Notes under the pieces: model-generated
The model's database searches: none
What the model was told of the DNA's origin: nothing
The model's input: the letters and a program-made list of their open reading frames with translations, nothing else
Assembly (NCBI GenBank): GCA_012295275.1
Contig: CM022673.1
Coordinates: 7,688,001-7,752,000, forward strand
Source of the DNA: Chrysomallon squamiferum
Taxonomy: Eukaryota > Animalia > Mollusca
Length of the DNA: 64,000 bases
Reading direction: 5' to 3'
Translations under genes and position numbers: made by a program
Part shown: positions 39,680-52,747 of the stretch, piece by piece
Layout: the number at the start of each line of letters is the position of its first letter
How positions within the stretch are numbered: position 1 is the stretch's first letter

Positions 39680-40825
39680 ATATAAGACACAGGTTGGCGT
39701 TCATCTATAAATCAACTGCTGCCTATGTCAAAAGCTTGTTTGGATGCTTGATATGCAAAGATTTCTTTGCAATTTGCTATCTCGATCAAATCTTTACCAA
39801 CACATACTACGAGTATTTAGCAATGAATATATATATATGCTATTCGTATATTTGGTCTTCGCATTAAGAGATTTCTGTCGTTTTGGAAACCACTTCATAT
39901 AATTACTGTTTTACCACCTTGGTGTATTACACCACCTAAGGTTGTGAAGGAAGACCGTAAAGATGCTGTAGCGTATAAGCAGTTTTTCACGAAATTCAAG
40001 ACAAGTACATGTGATTATATTCCTGTTAATACGGCTGTGGACCACAGGATGGGAATTAGGTGGGTTATGATAGTTTTTCCATCAGGCTCTATACTTTACA
40101 TGAGACTGTCTGACTCAGCATCGATCTTCAGCGCTGAAATTTGGGCAGTCGTTAAAGCCTTGGAAGAAACAAAGGATTCTAGAGCAACCAAATTTATTAT
40201 TTTCACCATATCTCCTAAGGTTTACATGCTGTGAATCAGGACCATCCCTTAACTGGGATGGTGATGCGGAGATGCGTCTGTTTATCAACTGCTAATAAAG
40301 TTACTGTATTTTATTTCGTGCCCAGACACACTGGCATCAGGAGTAATGAAAAGGCAGGTTCGGGTGCCACGTCTGTTTTGGATTTGCCTCATGCCGTTGT
40401 CGGTGTACCTTATATTGATTTTGAACCTAATATCAGCGAATTTGTCGTTTCGACCCGGCAACATGATTGGGACATTGCGGCTGCGAACAAGCTTCATTAT
40501 TTACAGCCAATCTTGTGAGAGTGGCAGTCCTCCTATATACAGCGGAGAAGAGATGAAATGGTTTTGTGTCTGACCTGTTCGTTTATTTTGAAGAAGGATA
40601 TATCACCTCATTGAAGTGTAACCATCTGAAAGAAACTCGAATAAATATATATCTGGCCTACGAAATCCTTTCGATTCCATCCAGATCTTATTTTACGTGA
40701 TAGTGCGTTTTAATTGTAAAATTTAAATATTATCTTATATGATATTTGTATTTTAATTTAACTCTGTGTTTTAATTTAACTGTAGTATTTTTATATCGAT
40801 GTTGATCATAACACTGTTTTCCCAT
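39680..40825 (+). mobile_element. Degenerate 3' fragment of an RNase H-containing non-LTR retrotransposon (I/Nimb-like LINE)
   Basis: Broken ORFs carry RNase H motifs: RLSDSASIFSAEIWAVVKALE and FVPRHTGIRSNEKA (cf. WVPSH.GI.GNE.AD), then W...AANKLH. Multiple frameshifts and stops; left boundary approximate. Confidence 0.8.
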
Positions 40826-40827
40826 TA

Positions 40828-41507
40828 CAGTATACCCTCACCTATTCGCGTCTCCCCATTCGCGGTCCCGTATATTCGCGGGTTAGGCTCTTAACCCTAT
40901 CGCATCGTATGCTGGTATACCAGGCGAGCGTCATAACGTCATAAAAACAAATGCTCGGTAAACCGCACAAACAATATCAAATTTTTTCAATTATTATTGC
41001 AATACAGTACGTATTTTTTTTATAAATGCATACACTGTATATACAGTGCATATTTTTTGTGACCGTGTATTAATAATGTTTTTAATTGCACTGTATTTAT
41101 CTGTCTGTTTTGCCTTTAAATTTGTTCCACTTTCTGTCAATTCTAATACATATGTTGTACGCATAGAAAATGACTTTACGGTGCAGTAATACAGTATGGG
41201 TAACTATGCTATGCGGTGTTACTGTCCTCCTGTACTTACGTTTCTTTCTGATTAAAATATTGTTTCAGTACAAAATTAAAATGTGTTTACATTATCATTA
41301 CTACATTAGTGAAATACATAACTGCATGCAATATTACTTTATTACTGTATTAATGAGTAAGAGTGTCTTTAGAAAGTGTTTGGGAAGCATTTAGTACCGT
41401 ATATAATCTCATAATAGACGTTTTAAAACTGCATCCAATATTCGCGGTTTTTCGCTATTCGCGGTGGGGTAAAGAACGTAACCCCCGCGAATAGCGAGGG
41501 AATACTG
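40828..41507. mobile_element. Tc1/mariner (pogo/Tigger-like) MITE, ~680 bp
   Basis: TIRs CAGTATACCCTCACCTATTCGCG ... CGCGAATAGCGAGGGAATACTG flanked by TA on both sides; subterminal ATTCGCG repeats; no ORF. Confidence 0.88.
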
Positions 41508-42297
41508 TACTACAATGTGATACCCTATCGTGCTGGGGTGTCGTCCAATGTGTATTCACCCACTAAAATATTTACTTCTTCATTCAGGTAAATTATTAAT
41601 ACACTGTTGTCTTTCATCTATTTATCTATTTCTACAAAAGATAGTTATTCTCTGTTTCTATAAACACATGGATAAACTGAGTTTGTTATGGAATGATGCA
41701 ATACACACAACGGTAATTCTAATGTCAATATCTTTCTCATTGCTTCCCGATTACAGTAACTGAATGCTTCATTTCCGCGGAGGAATAAACGAAATGATTT
41801 AAAATCCGCAATGTCAAATATGAAAGCGGAAATGAGAAATGATAACAAATAATTTGAATAACATGTAGGTAGATGTTTTATTAATAGATTTATTTTAATC
41901 AATTAATTGTTTAGATGATTATATAATTTTAACATAATACGTACACATGACACCTGGTACTTAAATCTCTCTTAAGTATATTAATAATTAGCCTACTTCA
42001 AATTTCAATCTACTTGATCAAGTTTAAGTTTTAGAATACAAATGTAGAAAAATAATAATGCCTTAATGGTAATAATGTAAATAGAAAACATGATTATTGT
42101 TATTATTTTATTTTTTTAAACAGAAGATTTAAATATTTCTTAACCGTCTACTAAGTTTATAGAAGAAGATGTATTCAGTTACCTAGAACTGGAAGAAGTG
42201 AGTTTTAATTTTCTTACAATTTACGTTACAGTTCACCGCTTAACACTAACAGGATGAACGTTAGAGGAACTAAATTTAATGTTGTTCGATCAAGATA

Positions 42298-44821
42298 ATG
42301 GCTTCAGCAACATTAACTGAAGAACAAAAGAGAAGAATAGCAGAAAATAAAGCAAAGGCATTAGCTCGAAGAGCAGAAAGAAATAACAATAAGGAGTTAA
42401 ATATTTCTGGACCAAATATAAATGCAAACAAACAGTCATCAGAATTTTCATTTTACTGCAGTGCTCAGAACATTTCAAATGACACTGAAGACTTCAACAA
42501 AAAGCCAGGACCAAGTTGGGTTGGTGTCAGGTATGAACAGAATTCTAGATATGGTAATTCATCAGCCATAGTGAAAAATGTGGAAGACACTAACCACCAG
42601 CAAAATGTTAAGTCATCATCAGTGTCCACAGTATCAAACAGAGTTTCTCAACTTGACTCCAGTGGAAAACATTATGTACAGAAAACGGATCCAAACAGAA
42701 CTGTGCACTTTTCAGCTCAGATTTTAGGGTCAAAAGGTTCAAACATCACTGGTTGTTGTGTCTTAGTCTCACGTGAACGATTTGAAGTACGTGTTGGATT
42801 CTTTGATCCACTTTGTGAGATCTTTAAACAGATGAAAACAAAAATATACGGTAAGAGAGATACTTTAGAATATACAGTAAAATTATATTTGTATAATATT
42901 TAGGTGAAGGCAGAAGGAACCAGCAGTTTATGAGAATGTAAAAGTGAAGTGTATTGTGTTGCTTAGATTTTAGTGAGTATATTTCAGTGAACTGTTACAG
43001 TTGTTGTGTGAATTCACAAATTTAAACTTGCATGGAGAAGATGTGTAACTACATTTTTATTTTAAATTCATACAGTTTCAAAACAATAACGATATTAACT
43101 TAACTTGTAATAGTATTAAACCTTTAACTGATGCAAAAATATATAATGTTTTCATTTACGAATTTCTACTAGTCATGATGTTTAATAATTAAAGGATTTT
43201 TAATTAGATGAGACATGGCATCATTTTCTTCTTAATTTTTTGTCTTTTTTTAAAAGTACCAGTGCAGATAAAAATAATTTATAACATAATGTTAGTCTTT
43301 TTTTTTTTATATACATTTTTGCTGTTGTTACTATTGTTATGCAGTGTGTTTATTTATTACAAAAATGAACTTCTTGTGTTTACTTTCAGATCCATCTTCA
43401 AGGATATGGTCTTTTAAACTTGAAGAATATTATAAACTAAGTAAGAATTAAAAAAATATTTTATTTTTTTATTTTTTTTTAAATTCATAAATATATGTGA
43501 TTAATCTAATTAATCCAAAAATTTCATTTATGTTTAAATTAAATCATGCAAACTTCATTAAACGATAGTTAATGCATCCGATGAATGTCAAATTATCATG
43601 CCTTAAAACAAATTCACATTACTGGATAATCAATACTTTAATATTAAAATTATAATGAATAAACATTAAAAAGATAATAAGGAAAAACCAAACCATTTTT
43701 TATCTTAAAAATTATTCATATTGTGTTTTTAAGAATAAGGGAAATAAATAAGTAAACAAATAGCTTGTTTTTTAACAGTTTTTAACAGGTTAATACAAGT
43801 GAATATCCTTTGTCTAATCTTTTTTTAACATGTTAACATATATATATAAATATGTACATATATATATATATATATATATTCATATACGTAAATATGTATA
43901 TTTTTGTATGTATGTATGTTGTATTATCATTATGTATGCACCTGCATATATAAGTAAATAGCTATATGTGTGTGTGTGTGTGTCGGTAAGTACATAGCTA
44001 TGTATATGTACAAATGTATGTATATATGTATTTTTATTTCAGTGAAAGCTGTTGAATCCTTAAAACCTCATGTAACAATTGAAGCACTGCCAAAAGTCAT
44101 TCTCCAGACATTCAGTTCCCAGCTCAAGGGAGATTATCCAGACAGTAGTATTCCTCCAGCTGATCTGTCTAAAGTTGATCAGGATTTGGTGAATGCTCTG
44201 ATGCCATTTCAGAGAGAGGGAGTAAAGTAAATACAAAAACCAGCCCATTAAAATAAAATGTATTATAACTTATTATATTATTCAAAGTTTTGTTTTTAAT
44301 CCTTGTTTGAATAACAAAGTAACATAATTTTTCTTAGAAGAACTGAATAATACTAATAAAATTTATTGTTCTAATTATTTAATATTGATTACTAATTTCA
44401 GTGACAGAAATACAATTAGTAAAATGTATTTTGCTGTTGGTTTCAGTTTTGCAATAGCTAAAAATGGCCGAGTGTTGTTAGCAGATGACATGGGCCTGGG
44501 TAAAACTATTCAGGCTATTGCTGTAGCAGATTTCTATCGGTCATCCTGGCCATTGCTGGTTGTGTGTCCATCTTCAGTCAGATTTGACTGGGCACAGGTC
44601 AGACTTGTTCATTCATTGTAAAAAAAAAAAAAAAAAGTAATTAGTTATTTATATTAAATAGTCATTGAATTTTATTTTTGTGTGAGTATCATCATTTGGT
44701 TTATGAAATAATTCTGCTTTTGAAGTAACACTTGGAAAAAAGTGTTGTTTAATTTCCATCAGTATCAGCTGCAAGATGATAGAAACACACACACACACAC
44801 ACACACACAGACACACACACA

Positions 44822-44880
<59 letters not shown>

Positions 44881-47800
44881 CACAACACCATAATGCAACA
44901 CAACACAACCACAAAGAATAAACTAAGAGGAAATCACTTTTTAAAATTACATTGTACCTTTTTATTTTAAAATGATCAACATGCATTTTTAACTGATACC
45001 ATTATTGTATACAGCTTCCAGCTTTGTGATTCTCTGTCATTGTGTATTAATTATTGTCAATTAACTTACTGACAGCAAATCCAACGATGGTTACCTAAGC
45101 TGGATCCTCAGCAGATTAATATTGTGATCAACGGAAAATCTAGTTCCACTTCTGGACTTGTAAATATTACAAGTTACGACCTTATGGCTCGGAAAGCAGA
45201 GGAATTAAGTGATAAAAATTTCAAGATAATAATAATGGTAAGTGATGATTAATAGTTATTCTGAAGCTTTTTTCTGAACAATTATTGTTTAAAACAGTTT
45301 ATGGCCAAGCAATTTTAAGTTAGAGATGGATGTGAATTTTTGAACAGATCTCTTTAATGTATTTGTTTTAGATTCTGGAATTTGACAATGAATGTGACCT
45401 GTCTACTGGTACTGTTGGAGCAACAGATACTTATAATATAACATCTGTATACATTAACCTTTTATTTTTCACAGGATGAATGTCATTTCTTGAAGAATTA
45501 CAGAACAGTGAGGACAAAGGCAGCTTTACCAATTTTACAGGTAATAAAATATCATTTCTTTACCAGTATTACAGATAATACAGTATCGTTTGATTGTCAG
45601 TATTACAGGTAATAAAATATTTCATTACTGACATTATAGAGAATAAATGTAATTTCAGTTTATAATTTGTTTAAACTTCATGTGTGTGTGTGTGTGTGTG
45701 TTTTCTAAATTAGCAATAAAATTGTTATTTTCTAATATATTTCATTTGTAATACATACTTTTTTTATACTGACTAAACTAAAAAAATGTTTTCAATATCT
45801 CTTATGAGAACATTTGTAAACATGTATTTATACACAGTGCTTGACAGGCAGGCAGTTGCTCAAAAGATTTGTTTGACAAATTCCTTTTGCTTTGTATGAT
45901 TGTTTTTATTTTATTTGGCAGAACATCATCATCATCACACACACACACACACACACACACATAAAAACATGCTTGTATCACATAATTATATGTAATATAA
46001 TGCACAGCATACACACATTTTTTTTTTTTATTATCTGCAAATTAACAATGCAGAAAGCAAAGTATGTTCTTCTGCTGTCTGGCACGCCAGCTTTGTCTCG
46101 CCCACTGGAACTCTACACTCAGATTTCTGCAGTGGCTCCATTCATTTTCAAGTTCCATGAGTTTGGGGTTCGATACTGTGATGGAAAACAAGTAAATGTT
46201 TAATTATTAACATATTTGCATTATGCTAATTACTTTGAGAATTTCCATCAAGGATTTACAATATAATCATTTATTTTGGTAAATATATTCTTGTATTTTC
46301 TTAATATATTAAGTTTTAAATCAGTGAAAAATTATAAATTTATCCTTTACTACTACTACTACTATACCATCACCACTATTTCACCTGCTACTACTACTAT
46401 ATCTATGACAAATATTACTGTATCTACTACTACTGCTACATCTAATGCAACTTCTGTTGTTACTGTCACTATACTAATCTCCTGCCCTCTGACTACTACT
46501 GTTGCTGATATTATTATTACTACTACATTCACTGTAGCTATTATTACAATTTTTCTTCTTTTCTTATATTTTGAGTTAATTTATTATTTTAAATCAGTGA
46601 AAATTATAATTCTTTCCATCACTACTACTACTACTACTACTACTATTTTATCTACTACTAACATTATTACATCGTTTTTCTATTTTTATTACATTTAAAA
46701 ATAAAAATAAAATATGGAAAAAAAAAAAAAAGAAAACATATTTTATTTTCAGAATCAGTGGGGTTGGGATTTCACTGGATCATCCAACATGAAAGAACTT
46801 CAGCTTTTGCTTGAAGAGAAAATAATGATTCGGTATTTCCGTATTATATAAATATTAATGTCAACATTGTCACAGAAATTTTCTCACATTCATTATTCAG
46901 CTAAATGTATGAATCAAAGTACGACAGAAGAAAATACCAAAAGTGCAGCTAAGTTTAAGCTTGGTAAAATAAAGTCAGATTATAAATTAATAACTTAGGC
47001 TGAGATCTTCTTGTTGTCTTGAAGGTAAAATGGCTCATTTTTATGCTTTAAAAGTTTATTTTTTTTTTTTTAGACGTCAAAAGAAAGATGTGCTGACTCA
47101 ACTTCCTGACAAATTCAGACAAATGGTTTTGTTAAATCCCCAGAGTATCACTGTAAATAAAAACTTAAAGACAGCCTCTTCTATAATGAACTTGAAAAAT
47201 CTGAAGGTAAAGTTTATTAAAAATATTAAAATTTTTGATTAAAAAAACCCCCATACTATGTAATTTAAAAAAACAAAAAAAAAATGAATAAAATGAGTAA
47301 AAATATCAGACTGTAATTTGAAACTGGATAACAATAAAACTATTAATGTTTAGTGAAAGAATATATATTGTTTTGTTTTGAATTATCTACTCAGTTAATT
47401 AATCTATGGCAGTTAAAAAAAATTAATCATCGACTTGTGAAAACTATCTAATAAAAAAATTATATCTTTCAAAATATGTTCAAAGTTGTAAGTAAGCAGG
47501 AAAGTGTAATAATAAACTGTTACAATAACATAATTCAAGTTTGATCTCAGTTTAAATTTACATAAACTGTATTTTCAGATGGGTGGTAACTTGAACTTAA
47601 TTTTTAAGTTATATTTGCATTTTAATTTTATTTTCAGGGCATTGAATGGCGTGGTGCATTACTCAATTACTTCCACCAGACTTGCACAGCCAAAGTTAAA
47701 GCAGTAAGGTAGAAATTAACACACATTTAGTGACCAGCTTACGTTCTGACTGACCAGACATAACACTGAATGGACATTATTTGGATTTCACTTAAGTTTC

Positions 47801-49164
47801 TTTATTTGTTTGTAATACAATACCCAACATTTTCTAATTAGCTTGTGCAGTATCACAGTGCTGTATACATTAAGGCAGTAAACCATGATTTTTATTTTAG
47901 TCTCACTTTTTTTTTTTTTTTTTTTTTTTTTTTAGTCACTCTATAATTATGGAAGGAAGTAAAAAAAAAAAAAAAAAGGCAATAAGCTATAGCAGATAAA
48001 TTTTCTTCTTCCTCAAATATTTATTACAGAAACCTGTTGGAAACATTCTTGTACTTAAAATGTAAAAGTCATTTTAGTTTTTTAAATTTATTTCTTATAT
48101 TATCGCATTACAATCCTTTACCGTTTGGATTCGAATAGTTTAAACTGTACATACCAATATAACACTGTTTTCTATGAATAATATTATCTGTTTTATTTTG
48201 ATTCTAAGTTTTGTGGTATCTGAAATTTTCCATAGTAATAATATTATGGTGTTCCTGCATAAGTTTTACATTTTACAGTTTTATATAACATAAAGATAGG
48301 GATACTAAATATTTTATATTTTACTTTGTTTAATTTGATGCCATACTGGGTGCAGCATTATACCATAACTGTTCTTAAATGCATGTTTCTACAATCATAT
48401 CAGTATCTATATGTGTATGTGTGTGTGTGTGTATTTGTGTAATGTACATATACGTGTATTACAGGGAATACATACTGGACATGCTGGAAGGTGATAAGAA
48501 GATACTGGTGTTTGCACATCACCAGGAGATGCTAGGAGCTGTGGAAGAAGTAGTCAAGGTGAGACAGGCAGTCTTATTAAAACTCTCACTCGACGTAGTC
48601 ACCTAATTGTGATGAGGTGTAGTCAAAACTTGTAAAACTTGAGTTCAGATACATTTTCATCTACCAAATGAGGCACGTTTGGTTCTTCTTAAGCATAGCT
48701 GCCAGCATTTGTGGTGTTATTTGTGTGCATTTCGAAATTACTTGTCACACTAGAAAAGCAGCCAAACACCAAAATTATTTTAAATCCTGTGTCTGTAATC
48801 AGTCTGTGTGTTTCTGTTGCCAGGAAGGTGTGCAGTATATCAGGATAGATGGCAAAACATCATCAGAACAGAGGAACACAGCATGTCGGAGGTTTCAGAC
48901 AGATCCTAATGTGAAGATAGCCATCTTGTCAATAACTGCTGCAAATGCTGGACTTGATTTATCGGCCGCTTCTGTTGTCATCTTCGCAGAGCTCTTTTGG
49001 AATCCAGGGGTGAGTTGCATGTTTCTTGTGGCAGTAATATGTTATTATTAGCAGACTGAAGATGCATTCTTACAAAGTAGTTGAATTTTGATACATGACA
49101 AAAAGAAAAGTGTCGATGAGAATACTTTAAGTAAAAATACAAATATTTTATTAAAATGTGCCTT

Positions 49165-49225
<61 letters not shown>

Positions 49226-51534
49226 TAATAATTCGTTTTTAATTTTGAATAGTTTTAAAAATAGCATTGTGTCTGATATTTAAAAATTATGTAGTAATGT
49301 TTGAAAATAACTGATTTTAGTTTTTCGTAAATCTGCACATCAGTGTGATACTTTTAGATTTTGGTGCAAGCAGAAGACCGAGCTCACAGAATGGGTCAGC
49401 TGGATTCTGTCAATGTCCATTATTTGGTTGCCAAGGGAACAGCAGATGATTTCATCTGGTATGTTAGTGTGTTAATGAAGTCACATGTTGTTTGTAATTA
49501 GAATGATATTTTATAGACAGTAATTTCACTTAACTGAAATATGAATCCAGGATGTTTTAGTAATTAAATAGGTGTCGGGTTACATAGAAACATTTTTATT
49601 TTAATTACACAATGTATATTGTTTAAATACATATTAATAGTATTTAGAATGATGGTATTGTAACTGTATCATTGGTGTTAATGATGGTGGTAAAATAATG
49701 ATGACAATTGTTGTTCTTGTTGTTTTAATATTCATTTATATGTAGTTGTTATACTGTTTTACAAGAAACATAAATACATTTTTTAAATTATACAGAAAGT
49801 TAATATAGGTAAATAAATATAGTATCAGATTTAAACTTTTTTTATATATAAATTAAAAAAATTTAAGATATTTATCTAATTATGATAAAAAGGATTTTGG
49901 ATTACAAAATTACAATTTATTTAATGTTTTTTTTTTCTTTCTAAAAATAGTGAGATTAACAAGTATTGTTCAAAGATGTTAATTATTTCTTTCAATTTCT
50001 GTTACCCCAAACAGGCCTCTTGTTCAGACCAAGTTGGATGTTCTCAGTAAAGCTGGTTTGACTAAAGATAATTTTTCTGAGGCAGACACAACACATCAAA
50101 AGGTATTTGTGTTTCTTCAGTTAACCCTCTGACTTGTGAAATATTCTACGTTCTTTGTCTATCTGGAGAAATCAGGAAAAATATTTTTTTTTAAACATTT
50201 AAATCTAAGCTTTTGTTGTATTTTCAACTAACTTTAGATTCACAGATTGATAAAAAAAAGAAAAAAAAAAAGAGAAAATACGCAATCTTCATTTCCAGAT
50301 GTTTGCAGTTATTCAATAATTAACTTCTTAAGTAAATTTCTTTTCTGCTGTCACAGTTTTTAGACTACTTCTGTATTTATAGTGTTCACTTCATCACTAA
50401 CATTACACTGAGTTGCAACAGACTGTATAATAGAATGATATTATCTGCTGAGATACAATGTCAGCCATAATTCAAATGTTTGCCACTAGAGGATGGTACC
50501 TACCTATCTTGTAGTTAATATATTTACATGATTCAATGATAGACCGTAGTAACTACTTACATCTGACTTACTGTAAGATCAATTAAACTGTTGCAGGACT
50601 CCAAAATGCAGGAAATCATGCATTTCTTTGAAGAATCATTTATTGAAATTATGTCTGACGAGTGTGAAAAAAGAGAGGAAAGCAGCAGACCAAAGAAGAA
50701 AAGTCGCGAGGAGACATCGAAACTGCCAACTTGTAAAACACCAGGTGCTTCTCAGTCTCTGTTTTGTATGTATGATCTAAACAGTTCTGTACCAGTTAAA
50801 ATTAATGAATGAGCAGGTAACATACTGGATTGATTTGTTATATATACATGTGTGGATATATATATATATATATATATATAGATAGATCATTTAAATAAAA
50901 ATGTCAAAATATCACAAGTTATTTATATATTAATAATTATATTGTCATACACGTAATTTTATAAATATAACAAAATTACTGTTGCTTCGAAATGGGCTAC
51001 TGACATCTAACAAGGAATTTTTATTATTATTATTATTTGTGTTTTTTTTTAAGTGAAGAAATCTAAGCCATCACCTCGCAAAACTCCAGGTATTCCTCAG
51101 TCTTTATTTTGTATGAATGATTTAAACTGTTTTATTCTGGTTAAAATTAATATATATATAATTTTAGAAAACTAATAAGAAAAACCCAACATGTTATATG
51201 TATTTATATATATTAATAATTATACAGAGTCATAAATATGATTTTCTAAACATAAAAACTTATTGGATGCTTCTAAATGAGTTACATACAAGTAACAAGG
51301 AATTTTTTTTTTTTTTTTTCTCATTTTCTATTTAAATTTAAAAGAGCAAGATTTTTTTTTTTTTCTTATTCTTATTTGTTTTTGTGTCTTGCATTTGTAG
51401 AAAAGCCTGCCAAAATAGTTCCCATCACAAAGTATTTCTCTACGGTTGAGAACCAGCATGGTATTGGTTGTGACATAAAGGATGAAGACTTGAAAATGCT
51501 TGTACAGGACATGGATTGGGAAGAGGATTTTTAA
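42298..51534 (+). CDS. SMARCAL1: SWI/SNF-related annealing helicase SMARCAL1 (HARP), 17 exons
   Basis: Exons 42298-42850, 43390-43440, 44043-44226, 44447-44597, 45076-45237, 45475-45540, 46054-46191, 46753-46832, 47074-47206, 47638-47708, 48465-48558, 48824-49009, 49358-49458, 50015-50102, 50597-50744, 51054-51089, 51401-51534. N-terminal RPA-binding motif [24 protein letters not shown] domain, [58 protein letters not shown]. Confidence 0.96.
44785..44878. repeat. (CA)n microsatellite
   Basis: Directly visible. Confidence 0.95.
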
Positions 51535-52747
51535 TGTGAATAAAGAACTAGCAGATTTTCAGCTACTCCCTTTGAAAAAAAAAAAGAAAAAAAAAAAGAA
51601 AAATAACATCAGGGTATAAATAATTCATTAACAATGTTTCATGCTCACATACAGACTATAGGGGATTCTGCTTTGCATGTTTCATAAATTCATTTGCCTG
51701 GATAACTTTATGCATGACATTTATTACTAAAAGACAATCTCTTCATTACCAAGATGGATATTGCTGTCTAATAAAATTTGGACTGTAGATGTGTTGTGAA
51801 GTGGCTGAAACCAGTTTTTATAAGTAAAAACTAAGTGTCATAGTAAGTGACCATGAGATCTGTGATACTTAAATGGTTAAATGCATTTATGTGTTGTATT
51901 TCTATAAACATTGAAAGATTTGTATATCTAAATCATGTTTAGTTAAAACAGAGTATATCCGATTCAAGTCTCAGTGTTTCATTTAATTACATTAATGATC
52001 AGTTAACTTGTTAGCAGAAGCAAAGACGACTAACATGGTAATTGTTTATTACAGATCAAAAGACAGATTTTCTACTTCCAATAATGATTAGGTTTGTTTC
52101 TTAAAAATTGTTAAATTTTTCTGCTTGTGACCCCAAAGAATTGTTTAAACACATTTAGCATATTCCCAAGGAATGATGACAAACTTTGCTAATAATAAAG
52201 TATAAAAATAAATATAAATAAAAATATAAATAAAAATAAAAATAAAAAATACACGAAAACTGTCCTTTTCTCTTGTGTTTGCAGTGTCACTGAATGACAG
52301 CTAAAACCCTGAGGGACTGAGGATGTAGCAATTACATAATGATTTACTTAGTCTATCATGATTTTTTTAAAACAAATATTTCATTATTTAAAAAAAAAAA
52401 AAGAAAAATATATATATTTTTTTTATTGTCATACTTTATCATTAGCAAAGACTGTTCACATAAAAGAAGACTTCACACATGTTCATAACTCGTGCAACAT
52501 ATTACTACTCATTAAGGCTATTGGTATCACAAAAGGTATACATTATAAGTCATTTTCCTGTTTAATTTCATGACTTTTCAGTTTATTTAAAAATTAGTGT
52601 AAAACCACGACCAGTAACTTGTAGAAAACACACAGGTGTCTCACATACTGTTAGTAACATAAACCTCGCACATTGTGTTAATACTATAATGTGTCTTACA
52701 CCTTCTGATATAAATTACAACACGGCTTGTAAATGTTCTGTCACATC

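Noticed and set aside
43803-43811. ATATCCTTT (and GTATCCTTT at ~7122) as further U12 donors
   Set aside because: Both lie deep inside ordinary GT-AG introns, not at exon boundaries.
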